A stretch of DNA of 64,000 nt from Bacillota bacterium (GTDB taxonomy: Bacteria > Bacillota > Sulfobacillia > Fermentithermobacillales > Fermentithermobacillaceae). The stretch lies in assembly GCA_012841065.1 (NCBI GenBank), contig DUVI01000053.1, positions 43,811 through 107,810 on the forward strand. The letters run 5' to 3'. Below, piece after piece: positions 20,352 to 29,311 of the stretch. A program made the position numbers and the translations under genes. Position 1 is the stretch's first letter. Each line of letters opens with the position of its first letter. The notes below the pieces were generated by a model. The model was not told the origin of the DNA. It saw nothing but the letters and a program-made list of their open reading frames with translations, and did not search any database.

Positions 20352-21362
20352 CTAACGCAATTTCCGACCCACGGGATCAGCGAGTAATGAAAGCCCCATC
20401 CTCTGTTTTGCCCGCTTAAGCACTTGGGAGCTCACTTCGTTGGCCTTTGCCGCTCCTTGCTTGAGAATGGTTGCAACCATCCCCGACTCTGCATATCGGC
20501 GGTACTTCTCATGTATTGGCGCAAGGGCCTCGATTATTGCGTCGGCAAGCGCTTGTTTGAAATCTGCATATCCCCTACCTTCAAACTCTCTTTCGATCTC
20601 GGAAAACTCGAGCCCGGTACACAAGGAATAGATGGTTATAAGGTTGGCTATTGCCGGCTTGTCTTCAGGTGAATACACTATTTCCCGCCCTGAATCTGTG
20701 ACCGCCCTCCGGACCTTGTTTACGATCTCATCTTTGGAATCAGACAAGCTAATGTAACCCAAAGGATTCGGATCCGATTTCGACATTTTCTTCTCAGGGT
20801 CCTGAAGAGACTTTATCCGTGCCCCGAACTTAGGGATTATGGCCTCGGGTATCTTGAAAGTCTCTCCGTAACGGCTGTTGAAGCGCTGTGCGACATTTCT
20901 GCACAGCTCAACATGCTGCTTCTGGTCTTCACCTACAGGAACCACATCGGCATCATATAGCAAAATGTCTGCGGCCATAAGTACCGGGTATGTAAACAGC
21001 CCCGACGAAAATGACTCGTTACCTTTCGACTTCTCTTTGAACTGAGTCATCCTTGATAACTCACCGAAAGTAGCTACGCACTCAAGCATCCACGAAAGCT
21101 CAGCATGGCACGGCACGTCTGACTGAACGAACAGCGTAGACTTTTCCGGGTCGAGTCCCGCAGCAAGATAGTATAGCGCAGTGTCGTTTATCAGACGTGG
21201 TAATTCCTTTGGATCTTGATACACGGTTATCGCATGGAGATCTACGATGCAATAATAGCAGTCATACTCATCCTGGAAATCTGTAAACCTCTTGATTGCA
21301 CCGAAGTAATTCCCTAAGTGCAAAACTCCTGACGGCTGAACGCCTGAAAATGCTCTCTTCAA
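20352..21362 (-). CDS. trpS: Tryptophan--tRNA ligase
   Basis: 336 aa with HIGH-like (QPSGVLHLGNY) and KMSKS motifs. TTG start with RBS AGGAGGGTGG. Confidence 0.95.
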   Translation of the reverse strand: MKRAFSGVQPSGVLHLGNYFGAIKRFTDFQDEYDCYYCIVDLHAITVYQDPKELPRLINDTALYYLAAGLDPEKSTLFVQSDVPCHAELSWMLECVATFGELSRMTQFKEKSKGNESFSSGLFTYPVLMAADILLYDADVVPVGEDQKQHVELCRNVAQRFNSRYGETFKIPEAIIPKFGARIKSLQDPEKKMSKSDPNPLGYISLSDSKDEIVNKVRRAVTDSGREIVYSPEDKPAIANLITIYSLCTGLEFSEIEREFEGRGYADFKQALADAIIEALAPIHEKYRRYAESGMVATILKQGAAKANEVSSQVLKRAKQRMGLSLLADPVGRKLR

Positions 21363-21730
21363 AGACCACCCTCCTACTTAGCAGCGCCGGCTGCGTGTTG
21401 CAGACGGCCAGCGTTGTTATTGTATCATCACCCGCCGGGTTTCAAGCATTGTACACCCTTGATGCATATCCACCAAGACAAGTGCGAACTACTAGATTAT
21501 GCACATAATAGGAGTGATTGTTTCGATTATCATAGGTGTCTACACCCTGTCCTGGTCATGGATATTGCTCAGAGACAATAACCGTGCCGGTGCAGCCTGG
21601 TCCTTCTTGCTGGCCATAAGTTCAGTGGCCACATCCCTTTACTACTTCATCCAACACGGCTTCTTCCCCTAAGCAGGCTATACCCTTCAAAGGTGTCCCA
21701 AATGACATACTTAGATTATAGATGAGTTCC

Positions 21731-21764
21731 ATACAGAGAAAAAGCCTGGAGCTAAACCCCAGGC
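21731..21764 (-). terminator. Intrinsic terminator downstream of the LuxR-type regulator gene
   Basis: Minus strand reads GCCTGGGG-TTTAG-CTCCAGGC followed by TTTTTCTCTGT. Confidence 0.65.
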
Positions 21765-21849
21765 CAAAAAGTGTAGCTGTCGCATCTCGGGGGGTGATCT
21801 GCGGCAACCATTACAACTCAATTACATAATCGAGCCAAGGCACATTTTT

Positions 21850-22572
21850 TTATATAGGACCAAAAGACCTATTTTGAGCCGAGCAAAGCGCCTTAAGTAC
21901 AGCAATGGCTGCCTGGGTCCTATCCCGGACCCCCAATTTCTTGTAAACATTGTAAAGGTGGTTCTTCACAGTTTTTTCGCTGATAAACAGTCGTTCAGCA
22001 ATTGCCTTGTTGGACATGCCCTTGGCTACAAGATTAAGAGTTTCCAGCTCCCGTTCGCTGAGTTTGCTGATGTCGCCCAGAGTCGACTCGACGCAACCGA
22101 AAATCTCATAGAAATTGGGTACACTAGTGACTGCCAGCCGGTCCATTATTGAAGACGACACGTACAAGTCGTTTCTCGCAGCTGCAGAGATGGCTGAAGC
22201 AATCTGGTCCTCGGTTGCATGTTCGTCAACGAACCCGTATACACCCACCCGACAGTACTCTGCTATGCTGAACCACTCCAAACCTTGAGCCATGAGCACA
22301 AAGCTTGAATTTGCATATCGCCGTTTCAGCGCAGATATTCTCTCTAATGTCAGTTGCTTGTCAGAGCGGTTGCTGCAAACCACTATTACGTCGTAGCAGG
22401 CAGCAGTGGCAGGCCGCCTGGAATCAGGGTACGCGCCACCTTTATACCATAGGCGCACGTCGCCCCTCTCATGGAACATGGCCTGAAATCCCCTTGGCAT
22501 TGAAGGTTGGTCTACTGCAATCAGAATGTCAAGCATACAATGCCTCCAATGAAAAGTCTCACTAGGTATCAT
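21850..22572 (-). CDS. LuxR/FixJ-family transcriptional regulator with atypical receiver-like N-terminal domain
   Basis: C-terminal HTH_LuxR (LSERELETLNLVAKGMSNKAIAERLFISEKTVKNHLYNVYKKLGV). The N-terminal approx 150 aa is receiver-like but lacks the canonical conserved K and the P..G after the Asp position. Confidence 0.75.
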   Translation of the reverse strand: MIPSETFHWRHCMLDILIAVDQPSMPRGFQAMFHERGDVRLWYKGGAYPDSRRPATAACYDVIVVCSNRSDKQLTLERISALKRRYANSSFVLMAQGLEWFSIAEYCRVGVYGFVDEHATEDQIASAISAAARNDLYVSSSIMDRLAVTSVPNFYEIFGCVESTLGDISKLSERELETLNLVAKGMSNKAIAERLFISEKTVKNHLYNVYKKLGVRDRTQAAIAVLKALCSAQNRSFGPI

Positions 22573-22587
22573 CGTACAAAAACCTGG

Positions 22588-23598
22588 CTAGATAAGACCT
22601 TCATCGGATAAACGTTGCTTGCTTGATTCAAGCGTTTTCATTCCGTATTTGCCACCTGCAGCTATAAGATCCTTAATTCGAGGGAACCTGCCTTCCCTCA
22701 GAAGGTTACGTACAGGTTCTGTGCCTACGAGAAACTCTATAGCAGGCACTGGGGACTTAACTCCCTGGATGAGTTCTTGATAGAGAGCTCCACTGAACAC
22801 CCGGGAAAGCCTGGCGGCAAATTCCTGGCGGGAAGCTGAACTCACAGTATTAGCCAGGTTTTCAAGCCCAGCTACGGCATCTGATGCCGGAACCACCATC
22901 AGCACACTTGCGCCTCTTTCCGCAGCACTCACCGCCTGCCACGCCAGGTTCTCATCTATCCGTATGTCCAACGCGACAACATCGGCGCCTATCCAGACCG
23001 CCCTTTGAGTCACGTCAAACACCTTCCCCAAGTACCCGGTTTCAATCTGGTTCACAAAACTCCTGGAAGGTCCCAGCAAGTATTCGCTTGCCTCACAAAT
23101 CCAAACGATATGATTGAAAAATGTTCGGTTTATCTTCTGCAGGATTGAAGCAAGCGTGGTGGTTTTCCCCGCCCGGGGCTTTCCGCAAATCAAGAATACC
23201 CCTGAGCTAGCAGCAGCAAACTCTATAACCTTTCCGGGAACATTCAGCATATCAATACCCGGCAAGGCGTCGGGCAAGAAGTGCATGACAGCAGAAGGCC
23301 CGTCCACGGTCATGATCAGATCAACCCTGCACCTCGCTCCCGGACACAGGGCAAACGCGAAACGGGCAAACCCTGTTGAAGCGAAAGCCTCCTTATGGGG
23401 CGAGGGTACTTGGCTATCGAGGAACTCCTCTATGTGGGTCTTCTCAAGCGGCGAGTCGCCAAAGGGAACCGGTTGGTCCAGACCTATCCTGGCAAGGGGC
23501 TTGTTTTCAGGCATTATATACACATACGAAGCGCCATGTTCGAAACACGCCCGGGCGATACCGGTAAGGTAAGACCTGCCTGAACCGTCATGTGACAT
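22588..23598 (-). CDS. PilT-like (type IV pilus retraction ATPase family) protein with degenerate catalytic motifs
   Basis: 336 aa that aligns along its length to PilT. The Walker A region is retained as GKPRAGKTTTL. The Asp-box, Walker B Glu and His-box positions are substituted (WICEASEY, DVVALDIRID, MVVPA). Confidence 0.7.
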   Translation of the reverse strand: MSHDGSGRSYLTGIARACFEHGASYVYIMPENKPLARIGLDQPVPFGDSPLEKTHIEEFLDSQVPSPHKEAFASTGFARFAFALCPGARCRVDLIMTVDGPSAVMHFLPDALPGIDMLNVPGKVIEFAAASSGVFLICGKPRAGKTTTLASILQKINRTFFNHIVWICEASEYLLGPSRSFVNQIETGYLGKVFDVTQRAVWIGADVVALDIRIDENLAWQAVSAAERGASVLMVVPASDAVAGLENLANTVSSASRQEFAARLSRVFSGALYQELIQGVKSPVPAIEFLVGTEPVRNLLREGRFPRIKDLIAAGGKYGMKTLESSKQRLSDEGLI

Positions 23599-23613
23599 CG
23601 TGCTTGCCTCCTC

Positions 23614-24144
23614 TCACACTGTGCCCATACGCCTTTTTACCAGTTTCTCAAGCAATCTCATGAACTTGGTGCCCACAAACTCCTTGTGTCCGATGCGCTC
23701 CACAAGCACCGTGTGGCAACCTACAATATTCCCACCAAGTACATCGGTAAAGATCTGGTCACCGATGACGCATGTTTCATGTGGCTTTGAATCAAGTAAC
23801 TCAAGGGCTCTTCTGAAGAAACGGGAAATGGGCTTCCTGGCTCCCACAATCAGTTCGGTATTTAGTCTATGTGACACTTCTACAATGGTAGGAGCAGGCC
23901 TGGCATTTGTGAGTATCAGAGTCTTAAACCCGCTTCGGTGCAGGGAATCGAACCAATCAGCCAGTTCTTCAGCCACTCTGTAATCCCGCCATGGAACAAG
24001 AGTGTTGTCAAGATCGGTGATAATAGACGTAATTGCCCGTTCCTTAAGCCAGGCAGAGGGCAAGTCATATATTGTCTCAATGTGCAAAGACGGAGTCAGA
24101 AGTTGCATGATAGATCTACGGCGAACCTGTGTATTGCTTGACAC
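23614..24144 (-). CDS. yqeG: YqeG-family HAD-IIIA phosphatase
   Basis: 176 aa with HAD motifs (ITDLDNTL ... LTNA ... GDQIFTDVLGGN). GTG start. Confidence 0.85.
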   Translation of the reverse strand: MSSNTQVRRRSIMQLLTPSLHIETIYDLPSAWLKERAITSIITDLDNTLVPWRDYRVAEELADWFDSLHRSGFKTLILTNARPAPTIVEVSHRLNTELIVGARKPISRFFRRALELLDSKPHETCVIGDQIFTDVLGGNIVGCHTVLVERIGHKEFVGTKFMRLLEKLVKRRMGTV

Positions 24145-24238
24145 TATCTAAGACACCCCTCCCTATATTACCCAATTTCAACCCGGTAGTTAATCATATC
24201 CTGCAATGGGCTCTATAGGAAGGGGCGGTTCGCATGGC

Positions 24239-24961
24239 CTAGGTTGCACAAGACCTGCACACTTTGGCAAGTTTGGCAAGGGCCCGCTTTTCAATGCGAC
24301 TCACATAGGAGCGGGATATTCCAAGCATATTGGCGATTTCTCTTTGAGTCTTCTGGAAGTTGCCGTTCAGTCCATACCGGTACTGCAAAACCTGCTTCTC
24401 CTTATCATCCAGCAGATCAAACCGTGCAAGCACGTTTTCAGCCTGAACCTTAGCAGTAACCACATCTGCAATATCAGGTTCCTGATCTTTGATGATATCG
24501 ATGTAAGACACATCGCCGTCGTCTGAATCAGAAGTCAAAGGTTCAAACAGGTGGACTTCACTTCTGCTGTTCTTGGTGGCTCTTAGATGCATGAGGATTT
24601 CGTTTTCAATGCACTTTGATGCGTATGTTGCCAGCCTGGTCCCCCTGTCCTGGCAAAAAGTGTCGATGGCCTTAACAAGCCCTATGCTCCCGATAGATAT
24701 CAGATCTTCTACATCCTGGGGGTTCGGGTCAAATTTCTTCACGATATGGGCCACCAACCTCAAGTTATGTTCCACCAGCACGTTCCTGCTGGCCATGTTG
24801 CCTTCCTTTACTCCGTCTAAGTGAAAAGACTCGTCAGCTTCTGAGAGGGGCGGGGGAAAATGGTTGCCTGTAAGATATCCGAAGCAATTCAGGACTGCCT
24901 CGAGAATAATTGCAGCAATGCCAAGAAGCAGTTGATGCAAGCTTATGTTCCCTCCGGTCAA
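24239..24961 (-). CDS. sigK: Pro-sigma-K (mother-cell late sporulation sigma factor), uninterrupted
   Basis: 240 aa with a hydrophobic pro-sequence ending GNHFPPPLS (compare B. subtilis NNAFPQPLS), then NVLVEHNLRLVAHIVKKF and the C-terminal ISRSYVSRIEKRAL, in one continuous ORF. Confidence 0.9.
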   Translation of the reverse strand: MTGGNISLHQLLLGIAAIILEAVLNCFGYLTGNHFPPPLSEADESFHLDGVKEGNMASRNVLVEHNLRLVAHIVKKFDPNPQDVEDLISIGSIGLVKAIDTFCQDRGTRLATYASKCIENEILMHLRATKNSRSEVHLFEPLTSDSDDGDVSYIDIIKDQEPDIADVVTAKVQAENVLARFDLLDDKEKQVLQYRYGLNGNFQKTQREIANMLGISRSYVSRIEKRALAKLAKVCRSCAT

Positions 24962-25034
24962 ACAGATTGGGCCTGATATAGCACATCTATATACTATTGC
25001 GCCGGGCCCATCTGTGTGCGTGTCCCGGAGAAAA

Positions 25035-26507
25035 TCACACAGTATCAGAGAGGTTTGACGGTTTGCGCCTCACGACCACTATCGGGGTTTGTTGTTCCTG
25101 GTTACCTGCAGGATTACACGACATCACTTCTTCAAGCCATGCAGGGTCAACTCCTGAAGAATATCCCACAGCCCACGCCACCCCAAGATCGTTGGCATCT
25201 ACGATAGCAGCTTCGCACCCTAACTCCCGGGCCATCCTATTTGACAGCCCTGAAGGATCCTCAGGCCCCATAATCACGTAATAGTCATAGGGCGGCAGGC
25301 TGCCCAACACATCGTCGATTTGCCCTGCATCCTGGCCCCCGACAACATAGAACCAACCCTTCCTGCCGAGAAGCTTGCCCACTGCGCCTGCTGCCGCTGC
25401 AACAAGCGTTCTTAACGTTCCAATCTCCTCGAGCAATACTTGCATTGACAAAGGGTTAGCCATAGGTGCAGCGCCGCCAAAGGGGACGTCTTTCTGATCT
25501 ACGAAGCGCGACAGGGTCTTGGCGACAAAACCAGGTTCAACTGCGCCTTCCATGAAAATACGCCCTTCCATGAGCCCTGCCACACATGAAGATAGGGTTG
25601 CTATGTCTTTAGGCTGGGGTTGGGTCACGTGTTGCTTCATTGCCTCAACAGGGTCATCGTTCTCCACAAACAATTTGGTCTTCACAGGTATTAACTCAAC
25701 ATCTGAAGGAGGCGCCTTGCCCCGCATAGGAATTGGAGGCAAGTCTTCTTGTTGTCCAAACCCAAGGGTCTCCCAGGCCTGCCTCAGCAACAAACTTCTG
25801 GGATACGCCTTTATGCCCAGGGACAGGATATCCCGGGCCTTGTCCCTCTGCCCCCTGTCAATCAAGCCGCTGACAAGTATGTGAAATTCATGGTCGTGAA
25901 AGTTTGATGACTCCAACTTGATGAACTCGGCCAGATGGTCGATGAGTTCATCTTCCATGCCCTTTTCCTCCAAGATACGGCACACCCGCTTGTAAGCCAC
26001 TTTCAGCGGGTTCTTCTTATTGAGTTGCCTGCATATGTCAAGCGCTTGCTTGAACGACTCAAAAGCGCTGTCGGTGTCTTTCAGGAAAAAGTACTGGATA
26101 TCTCCTATGAGCAGATAAGGCCAAGGGTTCTCAGGTTCAATCTGTGACAGACGCTGCGCCACATTGAGCGCGCTGTGGTACTGTTTGTCTTTGATAAACA
26201 CATGGATAAGCAGCCGGCCGCATCTAAGTGAGGGCCTTTTTTCAAGGGATTTCTCGAGCAGCACCTTTGCCTCTTGCCTGTTGCCGGAACGAATCCGCTG
26301 CTTAGCTGCCATGTACACGACATATGGATGATGTTCGGGCCTAGCGTATTTGGCAAACCCTTTGGAGGCAACCGACTTCAGGCCGAGCACATCAAGGAAC
26401 CACAACCAGTAGACTATCGCTGAGCCCAATAGGAAGAACCCCTTTCTATCCACGCATCTACTCACAAATGGTACCACATGAACAGTGTGCGGTCTACCTG
26501 CAACCAA
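25035..26507 (-). CDS. Membrane-anchored TPR-repeat protein with C-terminal CofE-like (F420-0:gamma-glutamyl ligase family) domain
   Basis: N-terminal TM helix, TPR-like repeats (about residues 60-260), and a C-terminal about 180 aa with GPEDP...D.NDLG.AW.VG and TPIVVVRRK blocks resembling the CofE fold family. Domain assignment is by eye. Confidence 0.5.
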   Translation of the reverse strand: MVAGRPHTVHVVPFVSRCVDRKGFFLLGSAIVYWLWFLDVLGLKSVASKGFAKYARPEHHPYVVYMAAKQRIRSGNRQEAKVLLEKSLEKRPSLRCGRLLIHVFIKDKQYHSALNVAQRLSQIEPENPWPYLLIGDIQYFFLKDTDSAFESFKQALDICRQLNKKNPLKVAYKRVCRILEEKGMEDELIDHLAEFIKLESSNFHDHEFHILVSGLIDRGQRDKARDILSLGIKAYPRSLLLRQAWETLGFGQQEDLPPIPMRGKAPPSDVELIPVKTKLFVENDDPVEAMKQHVTQPQPKDIATLSSCVAGLMEGRIFMEGAVEPGFVAKTLSRFVDQKDVPFGGAAPMANPLSMQVLLEEIGTLRTLVAAAAGAVGKLLGRKGWFYVVGGQDAGQIDDVLGSLPPYDYYVIMGPEDPSGLSNRMARELGCEAAIVDANDLGVAWAVGYSSGVDPAWLEEVMSCNPAGNQEQQTPIVVVRRKPSNLSDTV

Positions 26508-28200
26508 GCAACTGCTCAGCTATCTTTCTGAAGAGGGGGGCAGCTATAGAAGGCCCGTCACCGGATCTTTCACAAAACACGCAGATCACATACTTAGGCG
26601 ACAGGATTGGAGTCCAGCCTACGAACCACGCCTGGTTTGAAGCAGGGCCATCGTTCATTTCTGCTGTTCCCGTCTTGCCTGCACTGCCGAAACCTGGCAC
26701 CCAAGCTGCCTTGCCTGTACCTTCTAGGGTAGAAAGCAGCAGCGCTTCCTGCAAAAACTGGGATACCTTCCCGGAAAACAAGGTCTTTTCCGGGAAGTCT
26801 GCACCTGCAACGAGCCCTGGATTCTTCCATTTCCCGCCGCATGCGACGGCTCTGTAAAAACACGCTGCTTGAACCGGGGTAACTGTAAGATAGCCTTGGC
26901 CAATAGAGAAATTGCCCACATCACCTGAGAACATCGAGTTTGGTTCAGGCAGGATCCCGGCAGATTGCTGGGAAAGGGGCAGGTGCAACTTATTGCCAAA
27001 GCCACATTCTACAGCCCAGTCAATCAACTCTTGAGGCGGTATCCTCAACCCGACCTGAATCAGGGTGCAATTGCACGACTGGGCCAGTGCTTGCTTTACC
27101 GTAATGCTCCCGTGACCTTCAGGCGAAGAACCACACCTTATTACGGTAGAGCCAATCTCGATCCGGCCGTCGCACTCAAACACTTCGTCAGGAGTTACAT
27201 AACCCTTCTCAAGGGCCAAGGCCAGCACCACAGTTTTCCAAATCGAGCCTGGGGTAAAATCGCTGATATTTCTGTTGACGAAAGGAGCATCGGGAAGGAG
27301 GAAGTACTCTTCAGGATTGTTTTGATCGTACTGGGGCCTGGACGCCATTGCAAGGATTTCACCGCTCATTGCATCCAATACAACCACGCCACCCCTCCCC
27401 ATCCCCTCTTGGTCCAAGACACGCTCCACCTTGTACTGGATATTGACATCCAGCGTAGTAAGTAGATCTTGAGGATACTCTCCTGTGAAACCCATCCTCA
27501 CACCTGTTCCGGGGATCTCAGAACCATCTCCCGTGACCAGGGTTCCCACCCATGCAGAGGTCCCTCCTGCAAGGCTGGTTTGGAACCAGCTTTCAAGCCC
27601 GCTCTCTCCCACGTTGTCCTTTGGGTTGACGTATGCATTGGGCCTTATGTGTCCCACCACATGCCTTGCCAGAGATCCGGGTCCGTATCTGATTTCCTCC
27701 GGGATCACAACAAGCCCAGGAATGGATTTATGCATTATCGCTGCTATCTGCTCAGGAGGCAACCCTCTCAACAGTTTGAACGGAGCACTGTGAGCATCCA
27801 GGATTGCTCGAAGGCTGTCTTCATCCATCCCTGTAAGTGCTGCAACCTCGTCTACAAACCTCTGCTTATCTTCTATCTTAGAAGGGAAAACAGCCAGAAC
27901 TGAGTGCCAGGACGGGTAATGAAGCGGCACACCGTTTATGTCAAGTATCCGGCCCCTAGCCAAAGCTACAGGCACGCTTTCCCGCCTTTGCAACGAAGCA
28001 GGCCTTATGTACCTGATCCCGCTAATAGAATCGATGATCTGGTAATTGGCCAGCAAACCCAGGAAAAACAAAAACACGCAGCCGAACGCAAACAGCACTT
28101 GCTTTATCCTGGAACAGGTGCCGGGGCAGCAGTCTTCTTCGTTTCCGCACACTCCAGACCTCTCAACCTTGCTCACACTGGCCTCCCCAAGCATGAACAA
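26494..28200 (-). CDS. Class B penicillin-binding protein (SpoVD/FtsI-like transpeptidase), no PASTA domain
   Basis: TM anchor, dimerisation domain, and transpeptidase motifs SxxK (GSIWK), SxN (SCN) and KTG (KTGTAE). Adjacent to sigK, so spoVD-like. Confidence 0.85.
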   Translation of the reverse strand: MFMLGEASVSKVERSGVCGNEEDCCPGTCSRIKQVLFAFGCVFLFFLGLLANYQIIDSISGIRYIRPASLQRRESVPVALARGRILDINGVPLHYPSWHSVLAVFPSKIEDKQRFVDEVAALTGMDEDSLRAILDAHSAPFKLLRGLPPEQIAAIMHKSIPGLVVIPEEIRYGPGSLARHVVGHIRPNAYVNPKDNVGESGLESWFQTSLAGGTSAWVGTLVTGDGSEIPGTGVRMGFTGEYPQDLLTTLDVNIQYKVERVLDQEGMGRGGVVVLDAMSGEILAMASRPQYDQNNPEEYFLLPDAPFVNRNISDFTPGSIWKTVVLALALEKGYVTPDEVFECDGRIEIGSTVIRCGSSPEGHGSITVKQALAQSCNCTLIQVGLRIPPQELIDWAVECGFGNKLHLPLSQQSAGILPEPNSMFSGDVGNFSIGQGYLTVTPVQAACFYRAVACGGKWKNPGLVAGADFPEKTLFSGKVSQFLQEALLLSTLEGTGKAAWVPGFGSAGKTGTAEMNDGPASNQAWFVGWTPILSPKYVICVFCERSGDGPSIAAPLFRKIAEQLLGCR

Positions 28201-28305
28201 AATACTTCGTATACACCTTAGTATGTTTTGTCCTAGCTCCGCTGCTTTATTCTTAGGGGCCGCAAGGTTGTAGCAGGCCGTTGCGGAGGGCTTAAGACAT
28301 CTTCG

Positions 28306-29184
28306 TTACAGCAGATCTCGTTTCCGGACTAACTGAACCAGATACTGTTCAAGTTCCTCACCCAGGTCTGTCCGGGCCAATGCCATCTCAATCGTGGCAA
28401 TAAGCAGCCCTTTGGGAGTCCCCACATCATATCTTATGCCTTGAAACTCGTAGCCGATGATGGGTTCCTCCTGAGCAAGTACCCTCAGGGCATCTGTGAG
28501 CTGAATCTCACCGCCTCTTCCAGGCTCCAGGCTCTCAAGTATGGGAAATATTGCCGGCGGCAATATGTAACGGCCGATAACTGCCATATCCGACGGAGCT
28601 TCTTCGGGACGGGGCTTTTCCACCAGGTCTGTAACTTCCCACAACCCGTCGCCCAAAGGTTTCCCTTGTATTATGCCGTAGGACGAAATCTCTTCCCTGG
28701 GAACCCGGCGTATAGCAATCACGGGCCTTTTGGTCTGCTCGTACACTTCTACCATTTGCTTTAAGCAGGGCTTATCAGACTCTACGATGTCATCGCCTAA
28801 TAGCACTGCAAAACACTCGTCGCCTATATGCTGCTTGGCACACCATACCGCATGCCCCAACCCCAGGGGCTTTTTCTGCCTTACGTAATATATCTGGCAC
28901 ATGCAAGCTATGTTACGGACCAGTTCCAAGAGGTCGGTCTTTCCCTGTTTCTCCAAATGGTGTTCAAGTTCGCCTGAATGATCGAAGTAGTCTTCCAATG
29001 GCCGCTTATCTTTCCCTGTAATGAACAGGAAGTCCTCGATTCCGGACTGAACTGCTTCTTCGACAACATATTGGATTGCAGGTTTATCTACTATGGGCAG
29101 CATTTCCTTTGGCTGTGCTTTGGTCACCGGCAAAAACCTTGTGCCCAATCCGGCCACAGGGAAAATCGCCTTCTTAATTGACAT
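28306..29184 (-). CDS. galU: UTP--glucose-1-phosphate uridylyltransferase
   Basis: Core motif KAIFPVAGLGTRFLPVTKAQPKEMLPIVDKPAIQYVVEEA. ATG 29184 with RBS AAAGGAG is preferred over the track start 29322. Confidence 0.9.
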   Translation of the reverse strand: MSIKKAIFPVAGLGTRFLPVTKAQPKEMLPIVDKPAIQYVVEEAVQSGIEDFLFITGKDKRPLEDYFDHSGELEHHLEKQGKTDLLELVRNIACMCQIYYVRQKKPLGLGHAVWCAKQHIGDECFAVLLGDDIVESDKPCLKQMVEVYEQTKRPVIAIRRVPREEISSYGIIQGKPLGDGLWEVTDLVEKPRPEEAPSDMAVIGRYILPPAIFPILESLEPGRGGEIQLTDALRVLAQEEPIIGYEFQGIRYDVGTPKGLLIATIEMALARTDLGEELEQYLVQLVRKRDLL

Positions 29185-29311
29185 TTGGAAAATGCTCCTT
29201 TCGCCTAGTGCTATACCTATTCTAACCTCATAGGCTTGAAAAATGAAATTCCCGCCTACCCAACCATATCCCTGCGCCTTGTGTTCCGGCAGAAAACGGA
29301 ACATAATAGAT

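Noticed and set aside
21622-21807. 61-aa ORF in the trpS leader
   Set aside because: It spans the LuxR terminator hairpin and the leader, has no RBS, and is not Trp-rich, so it is not an attenuation leader peptide.
29243-29311. N-terminal 23-residue extension of the GT4 glycosyltransferase (MKFPPTQPYPCALCSGRKRNIID)
   Set aside because: It overlaps the divergent galU promoter region. GT4 homologues begin at the (R)ISMWTD motif. The Cys-rich extension is probably not translated.
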